Part shown: piece by piece, positions 36,123 through 48,878 of the stretch
Position numbering within the stretch: the stretch's first letter is position 1
Layout of the letters: each line of letters opens with the position of its first letter
DNA from: Squalus acanthias
Taxonomy: Eukaryota
DNA length: 64,000 nt
Assembly: GCA_030390025.1 (NCBI GenBank)
Contig: CM059438.1
Span: forward strand, 47,864,001-47,928,000
Direction of reading: 5' to 3'
Notes under the pieces: generated by a model
Seen by the model: only the letters and a program-made list of their open reading frames with translations
Told to the model about the DNA's origin: nothing
The model's database searches: none
Program-made: the position numbers and the translations under genes

Positions 36123-36589
36123 AATCTTGAAGCCTTTGGGTTTTTGTAAACTAGATTTCTTCAGGTCCCCAGTTCAGCGGACTTTCCTAATGAAAGAAGC
36201 ATGATATTGTGCAGCAACCTGTGACCACTAAAAGAGCTTTAAATAACCGTAACATTACAAAGAATCATCAGACCCATGTAAATCACAAAGTCCTGTAATA
36301 TCTCAGATACAGGAAACCAGACTATAACATGAGGTCTCGTTTTCGAGGAAAAAAATTGAAAGCTGATATCCTAAGTAAATTTGATATTTTTTTAAAAATT
36401 CCATTATTTGCTTGTTTTAAGCCCACTGAAAGTATGGTGAATTCAGTCATAGTCTGTGTCTTTGAAATGACTTGGACCCCTGAAACTAGCACTGAAATGA
36501 GATTTGCGTTTTAGCACTGTCAACCCGTTTCAATTCTACTCTAGATATACGGGAGGAAGGGCACAATAGGTGTGAATCCACAGTTTAAA

Positions 36590-36795
36590 AGAAAGACTTG
36601 CATTTATATAGTGTCTTTTACATTCTCAGGATGAGCCAAAGTGCTTTACAGTCAATAAATTACTTCTGAGGTGTAGTCACTTGTTTTTTAGGCAAACGTG
36701 GCAGCCAATTAGCACACAGCAACAGTAATGAGATGAATGACTGGTTAATCTGTTCTTGGTGCTGCAGGTTGAGGGATGAATGTTGGCCCAGGACG
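36590..36795 (-). mobile_element. Deu-domain SINE 3' half
   Basis: AGAAAGACTTGCATTTATATAG...GGCAGCCAATT...GGTTGAGGGATGAATGTTGGCCCAGGAC. Confidence 0.75.
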
Positions 36796-37339
36796 CACAC
36801 TGCAGATTAAACCACAATTGAGCACAAATCTTGCTCCGAGAGGCAATAAGAAATAGTACTGCTGAAAATGGGGGAAAACATTGGGTGATGCTCTTCGGAG
36901 ATTGGGGTTTAAACCAAATGCTTTACTCTCCATCTCGTCTGTCCTGTACTTGACCCAAGAGTGCTTGATTCTGTCAGTGGGTAGTAAAATTGGCCAAGTA
37001 TTGCATTATTCATCACTGGCATTCTTCACCTTGATGAAGGGAATTCAACAAAATATATTTTTAACAGAAAGTAATAGTGATGAAATCCATAGTCAATTTT
37101 TAAAAAAAAACCCTCCGATTGATTCTGGAGATGAATCACAATTCGATCAATCCTTCGATTGGATGTGTTCTGAGGGCTATTCTTCATTTATGTCATTAGA
37201 ACATGCGCCACTTCACTCTCAAAGCAATGAAATGAATGACTGAGTTACACAGAGGAATCTACCCCTTCATATACCATCTATGGATATAAGGTGAAAGTGT
37301 CACAAGTGTAGATATTTTTTAAAATAAGTAAAGGGTATC

Positions 37340-37719
37340 ATTGTGTGCTGATATAATGCGTGTTACATGGTCAAGCAACATGTATTACATGTTATAATGC
37401 ATTGAGTGTTACGTGGCATATTACATTGTGTTTTCCAAGAGTATAGATTGTTACTATAATAACGTCTCGTGTGTTACATAGTATAATGTGTAATACATGG
37501 TATAATGTGTGTTGCATAAGATGTGTCAGATGGTATGATATGCTGTTACATGATAAGTTACGTGGTATAATTCGTATTACATGGCATAATCAAGTGTTAC
37601 ATGATATAACATGCATTTAACATGACAATACACTGTTGCATGATAAAATAAAGTATATTACATGGTATGATGTGTATTGTAGGGTTATAACAACACATAT
37701 GTTACATAGTATGACACAT
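37340..37719. repeat. Highly degenerate ~21-bp tandem tract
   Basis: Recurrent TGTTACATGGTATAAT-like words; resumes briefly after 38180. Confidence 0.6.
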
Positions 37720-38177
37720 GGCCTAGAAATTGGTCCGCGCAGTACCCGTTTTCCGGGCGCTACTCAGACTACTAAGGCCCCAATATGGTGGACAGGAAAT
37801 GTGCGCACATTTCCAGCTGGAAATGCGTCACCCGCCATGTTGGGTAAGGAGAAACAAGAGGCGTCCTTTACCTATGCCTGAAGCAGGCATTAGGACCTTT
37901 CCATGTGCAAATAAAGAGCCTAACGCCTGTTTGAGGACCTCGCTACAACATTGGTTTGCCCTGAGGCATCATGGGAAACCAGCCCTAGCAATCCGATCAC
38001 CTGCAACAAAGAAGGTAAATACCTGAATGGGGAGCCCAGAGGAACAGGAGTGCTCATTCCACCCCCCCCCACATTAAAGGAACCGATCACCGCTCCAGAC
38101 CACGCCAATCATCACCGCACTCTCCCCTCGCCCCCACCCCTGTGCCCCAAACATGGCCGCTGCCCAATTTCTAGGCC
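37720..38177. mobile_element. 458-bp non-autonomous DNA transposon (MITE) with perfect 14-bp TIRs
   Basis: GGCCTAGAAATTGG at 37720-37733 and CCAATTTCTAGGCC at 38164-38177; GC-rich body interrupts an AT-rich tandem tract. Confidence 0.8.
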
Positions 38178-38670
38178 GCTGTGTTACGTGATATAATATA
38201 GAGTGTAACTGCGATTTGCTGAGTTTTGACATCAGCTGAGCAAGGTTAATTTTCGGTGGTCAAAACTAATAGTCGCTGAGAAAAGAAAATAAGTAATAGG
38301 GGCAGGAGTGGGCCATGCGGCCCCTTGAGCCTGCTCCACAAACAACTTGATTTCTATAGCCCTCCCCACATACAGGAAGCTGTCTGAAATCACACTTAAG
38401 AGGAATAGGGTGAGGAGATAATTGAATGAATATCATCCTGAACATATGATTTTGGGACACAATCATTTCCTTGCTCCTTGAACCCCAAGCCATTCTGCAG
38501 AACTTCTCATTTCAAGATGCTACTCCGAATTCGGTTGAAGTCAATGTAAATGAATGTTGGGCGGGGTGTAAAACAGGCTGCCGATTCACTATCGCAAGCT
38601 TTTCGTTACTGCCCAAGGCAAATTTTAGCCCCAGAATATCTATTCATTCATTTGCTATTTGCTCATGCAG

Positions 38671-39006
38671 GGAGGATGTTTCCCCTGGCTGGGGGGTCTA
38701 GAACGAGGGGTCACAGTCTCAGGATACGGGGTAGGACATTTAGGACTGAGATGAGGAGAAATTTCTTCACTCAGAGGGTGGTGAACCTATGGAATTCTCT
38801 ACCACAGAAGGCTGTGGAGGCCAAGTCACTGAATATATTTAAGAAGGAGATAGATAGATTTCTAAACACAAAAGGCATCAAGGGGTATGGGGAGAGAGCG
38901 GGAATGTGGTGTTGAGATAGAGGATCAGCCGTGATCATATTGAATGGGGGAGCAGGCTCGAAGGGCCGAATGGCCTACTCCTGCTCCTATTTTTCTATGT
39001 TTCTAT
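38671..39006 (+). mobile_element. CR1 LINE 3' fragment (HER1-like tail)
   Basis: RMFPLAGGSRTRGHSLRIRG...RRNFFTQRVVNLWNSLP; tail GAATGGCCTACTCCTGCTCCTATTTTTCTATGTTTCT. Confidence 0.92.
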
Positions 39007-39416
39007 TTGTGGGATCTTGTTTGCCTAAGTAACTGCACTTCAAAATTAATCTATTTTGGGTTGTTGAATATTTTGAATGTAAGTTCTTTAGCTTTCTGAG
39101 CTGCCTCGCTTCAGACAGCTAACTACAATCTTAAATATCCCATGTATGGAGCAGCCAATATGAAGCACGTTGAGGAATTGGACACAGCAATCAAATAGAA
39201 CTACGAATGTGAGGGGGGAGGGCGCTGGGGCATTGAGACTTACTGCCCACAGATTGCTGTGTGATTTTAGCAAAAATACAATGGCTTTATGTTGGGGTTG
39301 TGACTGTGTTACTTAAATATCAGTCCTGATAGAAGTGCAGAGGTGTGATGTACAATGGAATAGTTTATGTTGCATTGTGAAATGGTAGGATATTGATATG
39401 AAATACATATTAGGGG

Positions 39417-39560
39417 AGACTGGATAGGCACTTGAGGGAAATAAACTTGCAGGGCTACGGGGATAGAGTAGGGGAATGGGACTGACCGGATTGCTCTACA
39501 GAGAGCCGGCACAGACTCAATGGGCCGAATGGCCTCCTTCTGTGCCGTTATGACTCTATG
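39417..39560 (+). mobile_element. Short CR1 3' end
   Basis: TTGCAGGGCTACGGGGATAGAG...GGGCCGAATGGCCTCCTTCTGTGCCGTTATGACTCTATG. Confidence 0.8.
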
Positions 39561-40026
39561 ACATCACTGGTTAGGAAACAATATTCTAGCAGGGGACAGT
39601 GATGTCACTAAATGCTTCAAAGCAATGCTTCTTGATAAAAGCTGAGGTACTGTACACGTTTGGATGATTCATTCTTTATTGGATTGATTTAAAACTTAAT
39701 ATTTGTTGTAAAAATTCTTCAAACGGCCCATTGAACATGCAACAAGTTTCATTGTAATATCAGTTTCAAACGCATCTCCTGGGAAAATGCCTGTTTTTCA
39801 TATACTGGAAGCTGAAAAGAAGCCATGTGTTTTTCTTTCCCCCCCAGTTGTGTTTAAATTAGTTGCACAGATTCTCCAACTGCGCTGTATTTTGAGGGGC
39901 TACTAACGGAGGCGGTTTGAGATGGTCACCAAAGGAGGATGAGCCTGGACATACACACAGCCGCCAGCTTCTGTCCTCTTCCCGCAGTGTTTCTGGGGTG
40001 ACACCTTTGGGAAATGTCCAACACAG

Positions 40027-40415
40027 TGTCAGCCGTGGCTCAGTGGTTGCACTCACACCTCTGAGTCAGAAGGTCGTGGGTTCAAGTTCCACTCAAGACT
40101 TGAGCACAAAAATCGAGGCCGGCTTTCGGATGAGACGTTAAACCAAGGCCTCCTCTGCTCTCTCGGGTGGATGTAAAAGGTCCCACGGCACTATTTCGAA
40201 GAAGAGCAGGGGAGTTCTCCCCAGTGTCCTGGCCAATATTTATCCTTCAACCAACCACTAAAAAAACAGATTATCCAGTCATTATCACATTGCTGTGTGC
40301 AAATTGGCTGCAGCATTTCCGACATTACAGCACTACAAAAGTACTTCATTGGCTGTAATGCGCTTTGGGATGTCCCGAGGTCATGAAAGACACAATATAA
40401 ATGCAAGTCTTTTTA
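40027..40415 (+). mobile_element. Deu-domain SINE with internal deletions
   Basis: GTCAGCCGTGGCTCAGTGG head, TCGGATGAGACGTTAAACCAAGG core, ATATAAATGCAAGTCTT tail. Confidence 0.88.
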
Positions 40416-41463
40416 CGGAAAGATTCCCTTGCACCTTACAAGCAGGCCTATGTATTGATATAATTAAGGCCTTCCTCCTGTTAAGCTACTTGCACAGAAG
40501 GCTATAATGTTGCTATTAAGCGCAGGCAGTCTTTGCCAAGAACTGCTCCCAGTAGGTCCCAAAGGGATTTGTATCTGAACAGAGTACACACTGCCAAGAC
40601 TGACCTAGATACTAGCTGCTCGTTTGCTGTGCTTTAACTGCTCAATGTAGCTCCTCTTTAATGTGCACAGCCTCTCCAAACTGCTGCTTTCCCCTTCTGT
40701 CTTTTTTTTTTAAAAGCTTAAAAATAAAACGATCAATAAACAAAATGACTTTGAAATTACTTTTCGGGTTTTACCCACTAGTTAAAAGGATGATCATTTT
40801 CCAAAACTTCGAATTTACAGGGCATGTGGGAAATGAGACTGCTTGCTAACCAGTGGTTAATTGGTAATAAATACTTGTCCCCTTTAGTCGTCATAGCTTT
40901 CATTGTTAACAATCGTTAACCGCCTATCCCACACCCTGCCCGAGGTGACATTCAGTGTTCACAATGTAATATTGGACAAGTACAGACCGTGCAATAGCTA
41001 TAAGTGAGTTGGGAGAATGAAAGTATATGGTATGCAGACAATCCCCCCCCTTCCCCAGCACATGGCAGCAGCCCCAGAGGTTTGAGGCAGTATTAATTAT
41101 GTGAAACAGATGTTGCTGAATTACATTAAGTGCTATATTAAACATGCAAGCTCATTAAATGCCCTGTTTTTAGTGTTTATCTATTTTGGTACATTCCATT
41201 TCTGCACTTTAACTAACCTTAAATGCTTTAAAGTGCTGAGCATTAGTTCAGTTGGGTCAACTATTTAAGATTCCACAACTTGCCCTACACAGACGAAAGG
41301 ATAAATAAACTTAGACACTTGCAAGATATTATAATGTCGATGGTACGGGTGTGTTGCTAGAACACGTCAGCTCAAATAGCATTTCTACAATAAACCAGCA
41401 TGATTTAAAGATTCAAGACCAGCACAAATTAAAAACATAGTGAACGGTACAAACAAAACAACC

Positions 41464-41681
41464 ACAACATGCATTTATATAGCGCCTTTAATGTAGTAAA
41501 ACATCCCGAGGCACTTCACAGGAGTGTTATCAGACAAAATGTAACACCGAGTCAAAGGAGGAGATATTAGGATAGGTGGTGAGCTTTAAGGAGTGTCTTA
41601 AAGGAGGAGAGAGAGGCGGAGAGATTTAAGGAGGGAATTCCAGGGATTAGGGCCCAGACAACTAAAGGCACAGCCGCCAAT
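41464..41681 (-). mobile_element. L2-clade LINE 3' fragment
   Basis: ACAACATGCATTTATATAGCGCCTTTAATG...TTAAGGAGTGTCTTAAAGGAGGAGAGAGAGG...GGGAATTCCAG. Confidence 0.8.
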
Positions 41682-42598
41682 AAATTTACATAAAATGTTT
41701 TGGAAAATATTAAATATTGATTAGATCCTGGGTTTCTAGTGAGCTTAGCTGATCGCAGCGGGGGTGACAGTACGGGTGCTAGCACTAGATTGATGTCCCA
41801 GGGTTAGGGAGGGACAGTGGATGAGGGTATCGGTGATGTCAAATAGTTTCCTGACACTCACGATCTTGGCTTGAACAATAACAATGGCCACAAATCTCCA
41901 CCTTTGGGAAGAGGAGTGAATACTGTGGAGTTGCAGGCTGTCACTCAGTCCAAGGGAGAGAGCTAAATTCTCATCAAGGAGTAGACCGCTGTACGCGGAG
42001 GAGTCTGAAGGGTTTAGGATTTTCTGGGCTCCAGGGCCATACAAGTTCGATCAAAAAGTTTCTAGTTGCTGTCTCGGGCGTCCAAAAAAATGTGAATTGT
42101 GGAAAAGCTTTTAAGGATTTGGAATTGCTTCTTGCTGGGAGTCTGAACAGATCCCTTGAATGATAGATCTCTTGATCTCTCGGTCGACATTTTCTATTGG
42201 TCACAAGGGACCATTTTTTCCTCTGTTGTCAAGGTTTGGGTTAATGGCCATTTTTCATTCTTATTTTTGACTCACTAACAATGGCTGGAAAGAACGCACA
42301 ATTTGGAAAGGTTCATGGCCCAAGAACACGATCTCATTAACAGGATCGATAAACACACACAGACACACACTGACCATCACACGCACTCGCAATAACAATA
42401 GTTTAAACACTTCCCACACTAGCTGACAGGTCTAAATGTGCACAACGCGTTCAGCAATGGCTCATTGACCACAAGGGGGTGGGGGAAAGTTCAGATTAAG
42501 TGGCCAGGTACGGTTCTTCTGCACTGTAGATGGGAGGGAACGCAACGCAATCTGTGACCCGGGGTGGAGGGGGAGGGGGGCGTGCAAATATGGTGGCT

Positions 42599-43045
42599 TC
42601 AGTCTTCCCAGTATTTAACTGGAGGAGATTGCGGATTATCCGGTACTGGATGTCGGACAAGCAGTCTGATAGCACAGGCAGTGAAGGGGTTAAGAGAAGT
42701 GGTTGAGGGGGGAGAGCAGAGTGTTATCAGCATACATGTGAAACCTGAACCCCGTTTTCGGATGATGTCGTCGAAGGGCAGCCTGTAGATCGGGAATCGG
42801 AGGGAGCCAAGGATAGATCCTTGTGGGACTCCACAGGTAGCGGTCGGTGCAGGGTTGAACGAGAAGCCATTGCGGGAGATTCTCTGGCTATGATTGGCTA
42901 GGTTAGAGTGGGACCAGGCGAGGGCAGTCCCACTCAGCTGGACAGCAGAGGAGGCGCATTGGAGGAGGATGGTGTGGGAGTGTGTCAAAGACTGCAGACA
43001 GGTGGAGAAGGACGGGGAGGGTTGGTGCACCGCGCGGTCAGTCAC
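42599..43045 (-). mobile_element. Decayed L2-clade LINE RT fragment
   Basis: ORF 42599-43045 GTALAWSHSNL...TCGVPQGSILGSLRFPIYRLPFDDIIRK resembles the L2 RT block GVPQGSILGPLLF. Confidence 0.8.
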
Positions 43046-43549
43046 ACGGGATGTCAGCAGTTGTCGTCATGGTGATGCACTGAATTCTCAGCATTCGTGG
43101 AAATCACTAACTGCACGTCTGACCTGGAGTAATGTAGTCACTTTGATTACGCTCTACGGTTCCATACTTCTGCAGGGGTTCTTCATAGCTGTTACCAAGG
43201 CCTTAAGTTTAAAAAAAAAAATCAGCTTTCCCCCCCCCCCCCCCGGCCCGGTTAGGAAGTCATTTTGGAGTATGGAAAATCCTCAGAGCAGGCCTAGACA
43301 CGGACAAACGGGCGGGGTGGGGGTCCTGTGTCCTTGGAAACAACAAAGGGGACAATTGGGCAGGGTGGGGAAGGGGAAACGTGCACCCAATTCTTCGTCC
43401 ATTTTAATTAAGGAAGAGAAATTAATGGAAGGGTTTCCTTACAGGAGTGTGACGCTCCGCACCTGATTTTGCTCTGCTCGCTGCGACAAAGCAATTCCAT
43501 AAACCCAGGCGCAAGAAAATCCACCCCGTCGCCTGCTAGCACTTCCTCA

Positions 43550-43720
43550 CGGCCTGGCCCCCCCAGAGGAGACCGGCCTCCCGGCCTGGGCCCCCCCCGA
43601 GGAGACCGGCCTCCCGGCCTGGGCCCCCCCGAGGAGACCGGCCTCCCGGCCTGGGCCCCCTCGAGGAGACCGGCCTCCCGGCCTGGGCCCCCCCGAGGAG
43701 ACCGGCCTCCCGGCCTGGGC
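43550..43720. repeat. 32-bp GC-rich minisatellite (~5 copies)
   Basis: Unit CGGCCTGGGCCCCCCCGAGGAGACCGGCCTCC. Confidence 0.93.
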
Positions 43721-43942
43721 CAAACATCTTCACGAGCGGAACAACTTTGTGGAAATCAATCCCTGCAACTCCATGATGCCGTGTCGAACGCTCCATCCAC
43801 AAGATAATCCGTCAGGAGATCGCACTGCGGGTACCATGGGGGTTACCCCCCAACCAGGAATTGAACATCCAAAGGCATTGGTGCAAAACCTCTAACTCAA
43901 GAGAAAAGCAGCAAAATTATGCACCAGATTTTATATGAATGA

Positions 43943-44120
43943 CAGAATTTACAGCACAGAAACAGGCCATTCGGCCCAACGGGTCTATGCTGGCATTTGT
44001 GCTCCACATGAGCCTCCTCCAACCCTACTTCATCTAACCCTAATCCTTTTATTCTTTTCTCCCTCGTGTTTATCTAGCTTCGCCTTAAATGCATCTACGC
44101 TATTCGCCTCAACCACTCCA
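43943..44120 (-). mobile_element. Short CR1 3' end
   Basis: AGAATTTACAGCACAGAAACAGGCCATTCGGCCCAAC is the reverse complement of the tail at ~16150-16184. Confidence 0.8.
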
Positions 44121-45186
44121 TACGATTTAAGCGTGAAGCTTACGTTTAAAATGCACCTTCAAATTTAATAATAGCACATGGCAGACCGCTCAGAGAAAGA
44201 AACACTAAAGTTTTATGACCTAAATCAATCCTGCAAAAGTCTACAAAGCTCCATACGGTTTAGACATTATGCGAAAGCAGTGAGTTCCACAAGTTAGAAG
44301 GCTTTTGAAAGAAGATTATTACTTTGGTGAGATTAATACTCTTGTTCTTGGGAGGTTTAGCCAGGTAAATAGCAACAACTGAACCAAGAACGTTGTTTGA
44401 TCGGAAGTTCACAGCCCTCACCAAGGGTTGGTGGAGCCGACACACAAACGGCTGCACCTCGAGTGTGGGGAAAGTGCACTGGAATGTAAGAGAAGACGGT
44501 TCTGGAGCCGGTTATTATTAATACACAGTGCCTGGAGGCGGAGGAAGTATCCTAATTATTTTCATCTGTTTCCAAATATGATACATTGAGAAATCTTTTG
44601 CAGATTTCAACTAGACTTCGAACCCAAGTTCATGGGGCTGCTGACTCGGGCAATTTATATTGTCCTTACAGTACAGCAAACTTCTTAAAATAAAGAAAAC
44701 AATACTGATATTACTAAAAGAGGAAATAATGCTCTCTTCCCATTATAATATTCTGCAGTGCGTTAAAGACGGGGACATGGTGGTGTCTGGGAGTTCGCTC
44801 TTAGTGAGGAAGTCATGATCAATTTATGAAGGGTATATTCTGTACTAATTATTACTCTTGGCTGTAAGTGTATGTTTATATTGTAGCTACCAGTGAGAGA
44901 CCAGCAGCCACAATATAGGCCCCTCTTCTCCCATGCAGTTTCTTGCCTGACTCCCTGATTTGGTGTCTCCGAGAGGAGGCAGCTCATCACACGCAGGCTC
45001 TACCCATGACCAAAGCCTCGCTCCCCACTTTTAAATGTTTCAAGTGCGAGGAAGGAAGTGCTCTCAACCCTAAATATGTTTAAATCTCTGCTGAACTTAA
45101 GCAGTACGAGATTGGCCTTTCCCCAGAGTCAGGCCAGGGCTTGAATCACTTCAGAGCACTTTACATACACCCTCTTTTTTTTTTTA

Positions 45187-45323
45187 ATAAAAGCAAAATA
45201 CTGCAGATGCTGCAAATCTGAAATAAAAAGAGTAAAATGTTGGAAACACTCAGCAGGTCAGGCAGCATCTGTGGAGAGAGAAACAAGAGTAAACGTTTCA
45301 GATCGATGACCTTCCGTCAGAAT
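45187..45323 (-). mobile_element. Penelope-like terminal fragment with degenerate hammerhead
   Basis: Minus strand CTGACGGAAGGTCATCGATCTGAAACGTT...CTCTCTCCACAGATGCTGCCTGACCTGCTGAG. Confidence 0.6.
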
Positions 45324-45945
45324 GGTTTCAGAATTTTAAGATGGATTCTTTTCCCCCCCTCCTCTTCAATTTTTTTGTGGTGGTTAAGGTGAGGTACGTT
45401 AGAATCGATCTCTTCCCATTTGACCCACCCAGTGTCAGCATCAAGACTATGTGCCTTTAGTTCCAACAGGCACCCACCCCCCTTTACTGCGCCCAGTGTG
45501 ACATTCTTCCACTTCCCGCACCACTCACCCTGCGCCTTCTCGGGTGACATGGCCAGTTAGTGCTGAATTCGGGACAGCTTTGCGCTATAGGCCAATGCCT
45601 GCTCGGTATGAGACCTGACAAACTCATTTCACTGTGATGGGAATGGGTGAGAAAAGGAATTAAAAAAAAAATCATCTTCAAAAATGAATCACCACATTCA
45701 AATTCAGGGATGAAAATTTATTTTTTGAAGGTCAGAGAGAAAAAGAAAATCAGTAGCAATAGAAACCGAACGGTGTCAATTCATTGTTGGTAACATTTCT
45801 AAGAAAGCAAGTAGGAAGAAACTGTACATCAAAAACTAATGAATCACATTTAGCCTTCATCCCGTTTTCCTGACAACTACATTTCCTGCAACAGTCATCT
45901 AACCACGACACAGACTATTAGTTCATCATGTACTTTCAATACTAT

Positions 45946-47500
45946 GGGTCAGAATTTGCTGTCAAAATAACGGTGAGGCTAATGGCACTCGCCATTATTT
46001 AACCGTAAATGGTACAGCAACTTCAGGCGACGGGCAGATGCGCGGTTAAATGCCAACTACAACAACAACTTGTATTGATATAGCACCTTTAACTTAGCGA
46101 AACGGCCCAAGGCGCTTCACAGGAGCAGTCTAAAAGAAAATTTGACACCGAGCTACATAAGGAGATATTAGGGCATGTGACTAAAAGCTTGGTCAAAGAG
46201 GGGTAGGATTTAAGGAGAGTCTTAAAGGAGGAAAGAGAGGTAGCGAAGCGGAGAGGTTTAGGCAGGGAATTCCAGAGCTTAGGGCCGAGGCAACAGAAGG
46301 CACGGCCACCAATGGTGGAGCAATTATAATCAGGGAGGCTCAAGAGGCCAGAATTAGAGGAGCGCAGATATCTCGGGGGATTGTGGGGCTGAAGGAGATT
46401 ACAGAGATAGGAAGGGGTGAGGCCATGGAGGGATTTAAAAACAAGGATAAGAATTTTAAAATCGAGGTGTTGCTTAACCAGGAGCCAATGTAGGTCAGCG
46501 AGCACAGGGGTGATGGCGAACGGGACTTGGTGCGAGTTAGGACACGGGCAGCCGAGTTTTGGATGACCTCAAGTTTACGTAGGGTAGAATGTGGGAGGCC
46601 AGCCAGGAGTGTGTTGGAATAGTCAAGTTTAGAGGTAACAAAAGGCATGGATGAGGGTTTCAGCAGCGGATGAGCTGAGGCAAGGGCGGAGACGGGCGAT
46701 GTTACGGAGGTGGAAATAGGCGATTTTAGTGATGGCGTGGACATGTGGTCGGAAGCTCATTTCAGGGTCAAATATGTCACCAAGGTTGCGAACAGTGTGG
46801 TTCAGCCTCAGACATTTGCCATGGGGGAGGGGCGGAGTCGGTGGCTAGGGAACGGAGTTTGTGGCGGGGACCGAAAACAATATCCAAAAGTCTAGGTCAG
46901 AGTTGCGTCGCTCCGCCGTTAGCTTCGTGAAAACGGCATCTTGTTGTCAGGCTCACCATTGACATGCACTGAATGGCGTGAAGTTGCTGTATTTGCGCGG
47001 TAGATACGAACTAAACCCGCCACAGATAGTTAGGTCTTTTAGTGGGGTGATAATTATTAATTACTGCCAATCAATCTATCTGGTGCCAAAAATTAACTAT
47101 TACAGGTGTGGAGTCTCATTCCTTCAGGTTTTGAATTTTTCGGGCAGATTTTAAAAATGTCCAATTTTTAATTTTAAACATTATTTTCTTACTTTTCCTC
47201 TCTCTCAATCCAATCTTTCTTTCCCTCTTTCGGTATCTGATTTGACATTGAATTCACGCCCTTCAATTCACCCGCCTTCTCAGTCCTCCCGCTGTTTAAT
47301 TCCCAATCCTTTTATCTCATTGGTTAACGAGATACCCCGTTCACTCAGGTCCCAGTTGCACGTTGCCCCTCGCTGCTCCGTTATCAGCTCGCACTTTCAG
47401 CAACTTTGTGGGCGGGTTTTTTTTGGAGCTGCAGGGTGCAGGGGCAAGTCTAACTAGCGGCAGACGCCGTTAGATACCCTGCTACAGCAAATTCTGGCCC
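45946..47500. mobile_element. Non-autonomous DNA transposon with 17-bp TIRs, carrying a nested L2
   Basis: GGGTCAGAATTTGCTGT (45946-45962) and ACAGCAAATTCTGGCCC (47484-47500), 16/17 complementary. Confidence 0.72.
46056..46882 (-). mobile_element. L2-clade LINE 3' fragment (~0.8 kb)
   Basis: ORFs 46340-46744 (FVTSKLDYSNTLLAGLP...LEVIQNSAARVL) and 46089-46505 (LADLHWL...FKILILVFKSLHGLTPSYL...GRAF...LWNSLP); (CAA)n tail on plus. Confidence 0.93.
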
Positions 47501-48425
47501 AATGATTATTTCTTTATAACAGTAATCCAGATTCACAGCGGTTAAAAATAGGAGCCTATTTTCTGAATGTGGTTGTCTGGATCCCACATCAGATTCGAGC
47601 TTTTCAAACATATAGCAAAGCTTTAAACTATTTACTCTAAAAATAGTAAACGCCAGAAATCAAATTGTTGTTAGTAACAATTGTTGCTGTTAAAAAGAGT
47701 ATCTAAAAAAATATAAAAATTTGCTGATACTAAATTGAGGGCGTAACAAACATGATAAATGCAGGAGACAAGATGGGCAGTGGGCAAATATTTGGCAAAT
47801 GCAGTTCAACGTAAATAAATGTGAACTAGCACATTTTGGGAAAAATGCTCCCACAGTGCCTCTGGGTTAGGGAAGGATACCTGGGTTCCCACCGGATTGT
47901 CAGGAGTGCCAACCCAGATATTCCTCTCGAAAGCAAAGGCACCGCAGGAGCATGACATCGCAGCCGAGCCCAGGCTGTGCACAGGGATGGGATCGGGTTT
48001 GACTGGCATATCATGCCCCCACAGTCGAATAGCCTGCCGATGGTCACCGATGAATAACTGGATGAGGGAACAGGAGGGCGACTGGCGCCGGCGGAACTGT
48101 CGCCCGGTGAGGAGAACAATTGGCAGAGAAGATTGGCAGCTAAAATATTCTTATCTTCTCCCCCACCCCCAAAGCAGCAAACTTTGGAGCTCTGCCAACA
48201 CCATAAACTGTGGGCAGTAGCGCTCCGAAGTTAGCGCGTCAAAACCATGACAACCATTGGGCTTCAGACTGCTGGAAGACCTGCCTTTGGAACTGGGTTT
48301 TCAGCCCAACAGAAACCAAATCTGCAAGATATTGATCCCTGCTCCAGAATGGAGGGCAGCAACCAGAGGCCTAGGGAAATAGATGGACGAGTGGAGTGCT
48401 TCAATATATACAAACGGATATAGGG

Positions 48426-48878
48426 GTCAGCCGTGGCTCAGCTTGTAGCACTCTCGCTCCGAGTCAGGTGGTCATGGGTTCAAGTCCCACTCCAGAGACT
48501 TGAGCACAAAAATCGAGGCGGACACTCCAGTGCAGTGCTGAGGGAGTGCTGCACTGTCGGAGGTGCCGTCTTTCGGATGTTTCGTTAAACCGAGGCCCCG
48601 TCTGTCCTCGCAGGTGGAAGTAAAAGATCCCACGGCCACTATTTCGAAGAAGAGCAAGGGAGTTCTCCCCGGTGTCCTGGCCAATATTTATCCCTCAATC
48701 AACATCACTAAAAGGAGATTATCTGGTCATTATCACATAGCTGTTTGTGGGAGCTTGCTGTGGCTGCCGCGTTTCCTACATTACAACAGCGACTACACTT
48801 AGTGTTTCATTGACTGTAAAGCGCTTTGGGACATCCTGAGGATGAGAAAGGCGCTATATAAATGTAAGTCTTTCTTTC
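48426..48878 (+). mobile_element. Deu-domain SINE, full length
   Basis: A-box-like TGGCTCAGCTTG, B box GGTTCAAGTCC, core TTAAACCGAGGCCCCGTCTG, tail AAAGGCGCTATATAAATGTAAGTC(TTTC)n. Confidence 0.9.

Noticed and set aside
48426-48490. tRNA genes suggested by A/B boxes (also ~1240, ~12750, ~27230, ~40027)
   Set aside because: These are SINE heads continuing into SINE bodies; no complete cloverleaf is evident.
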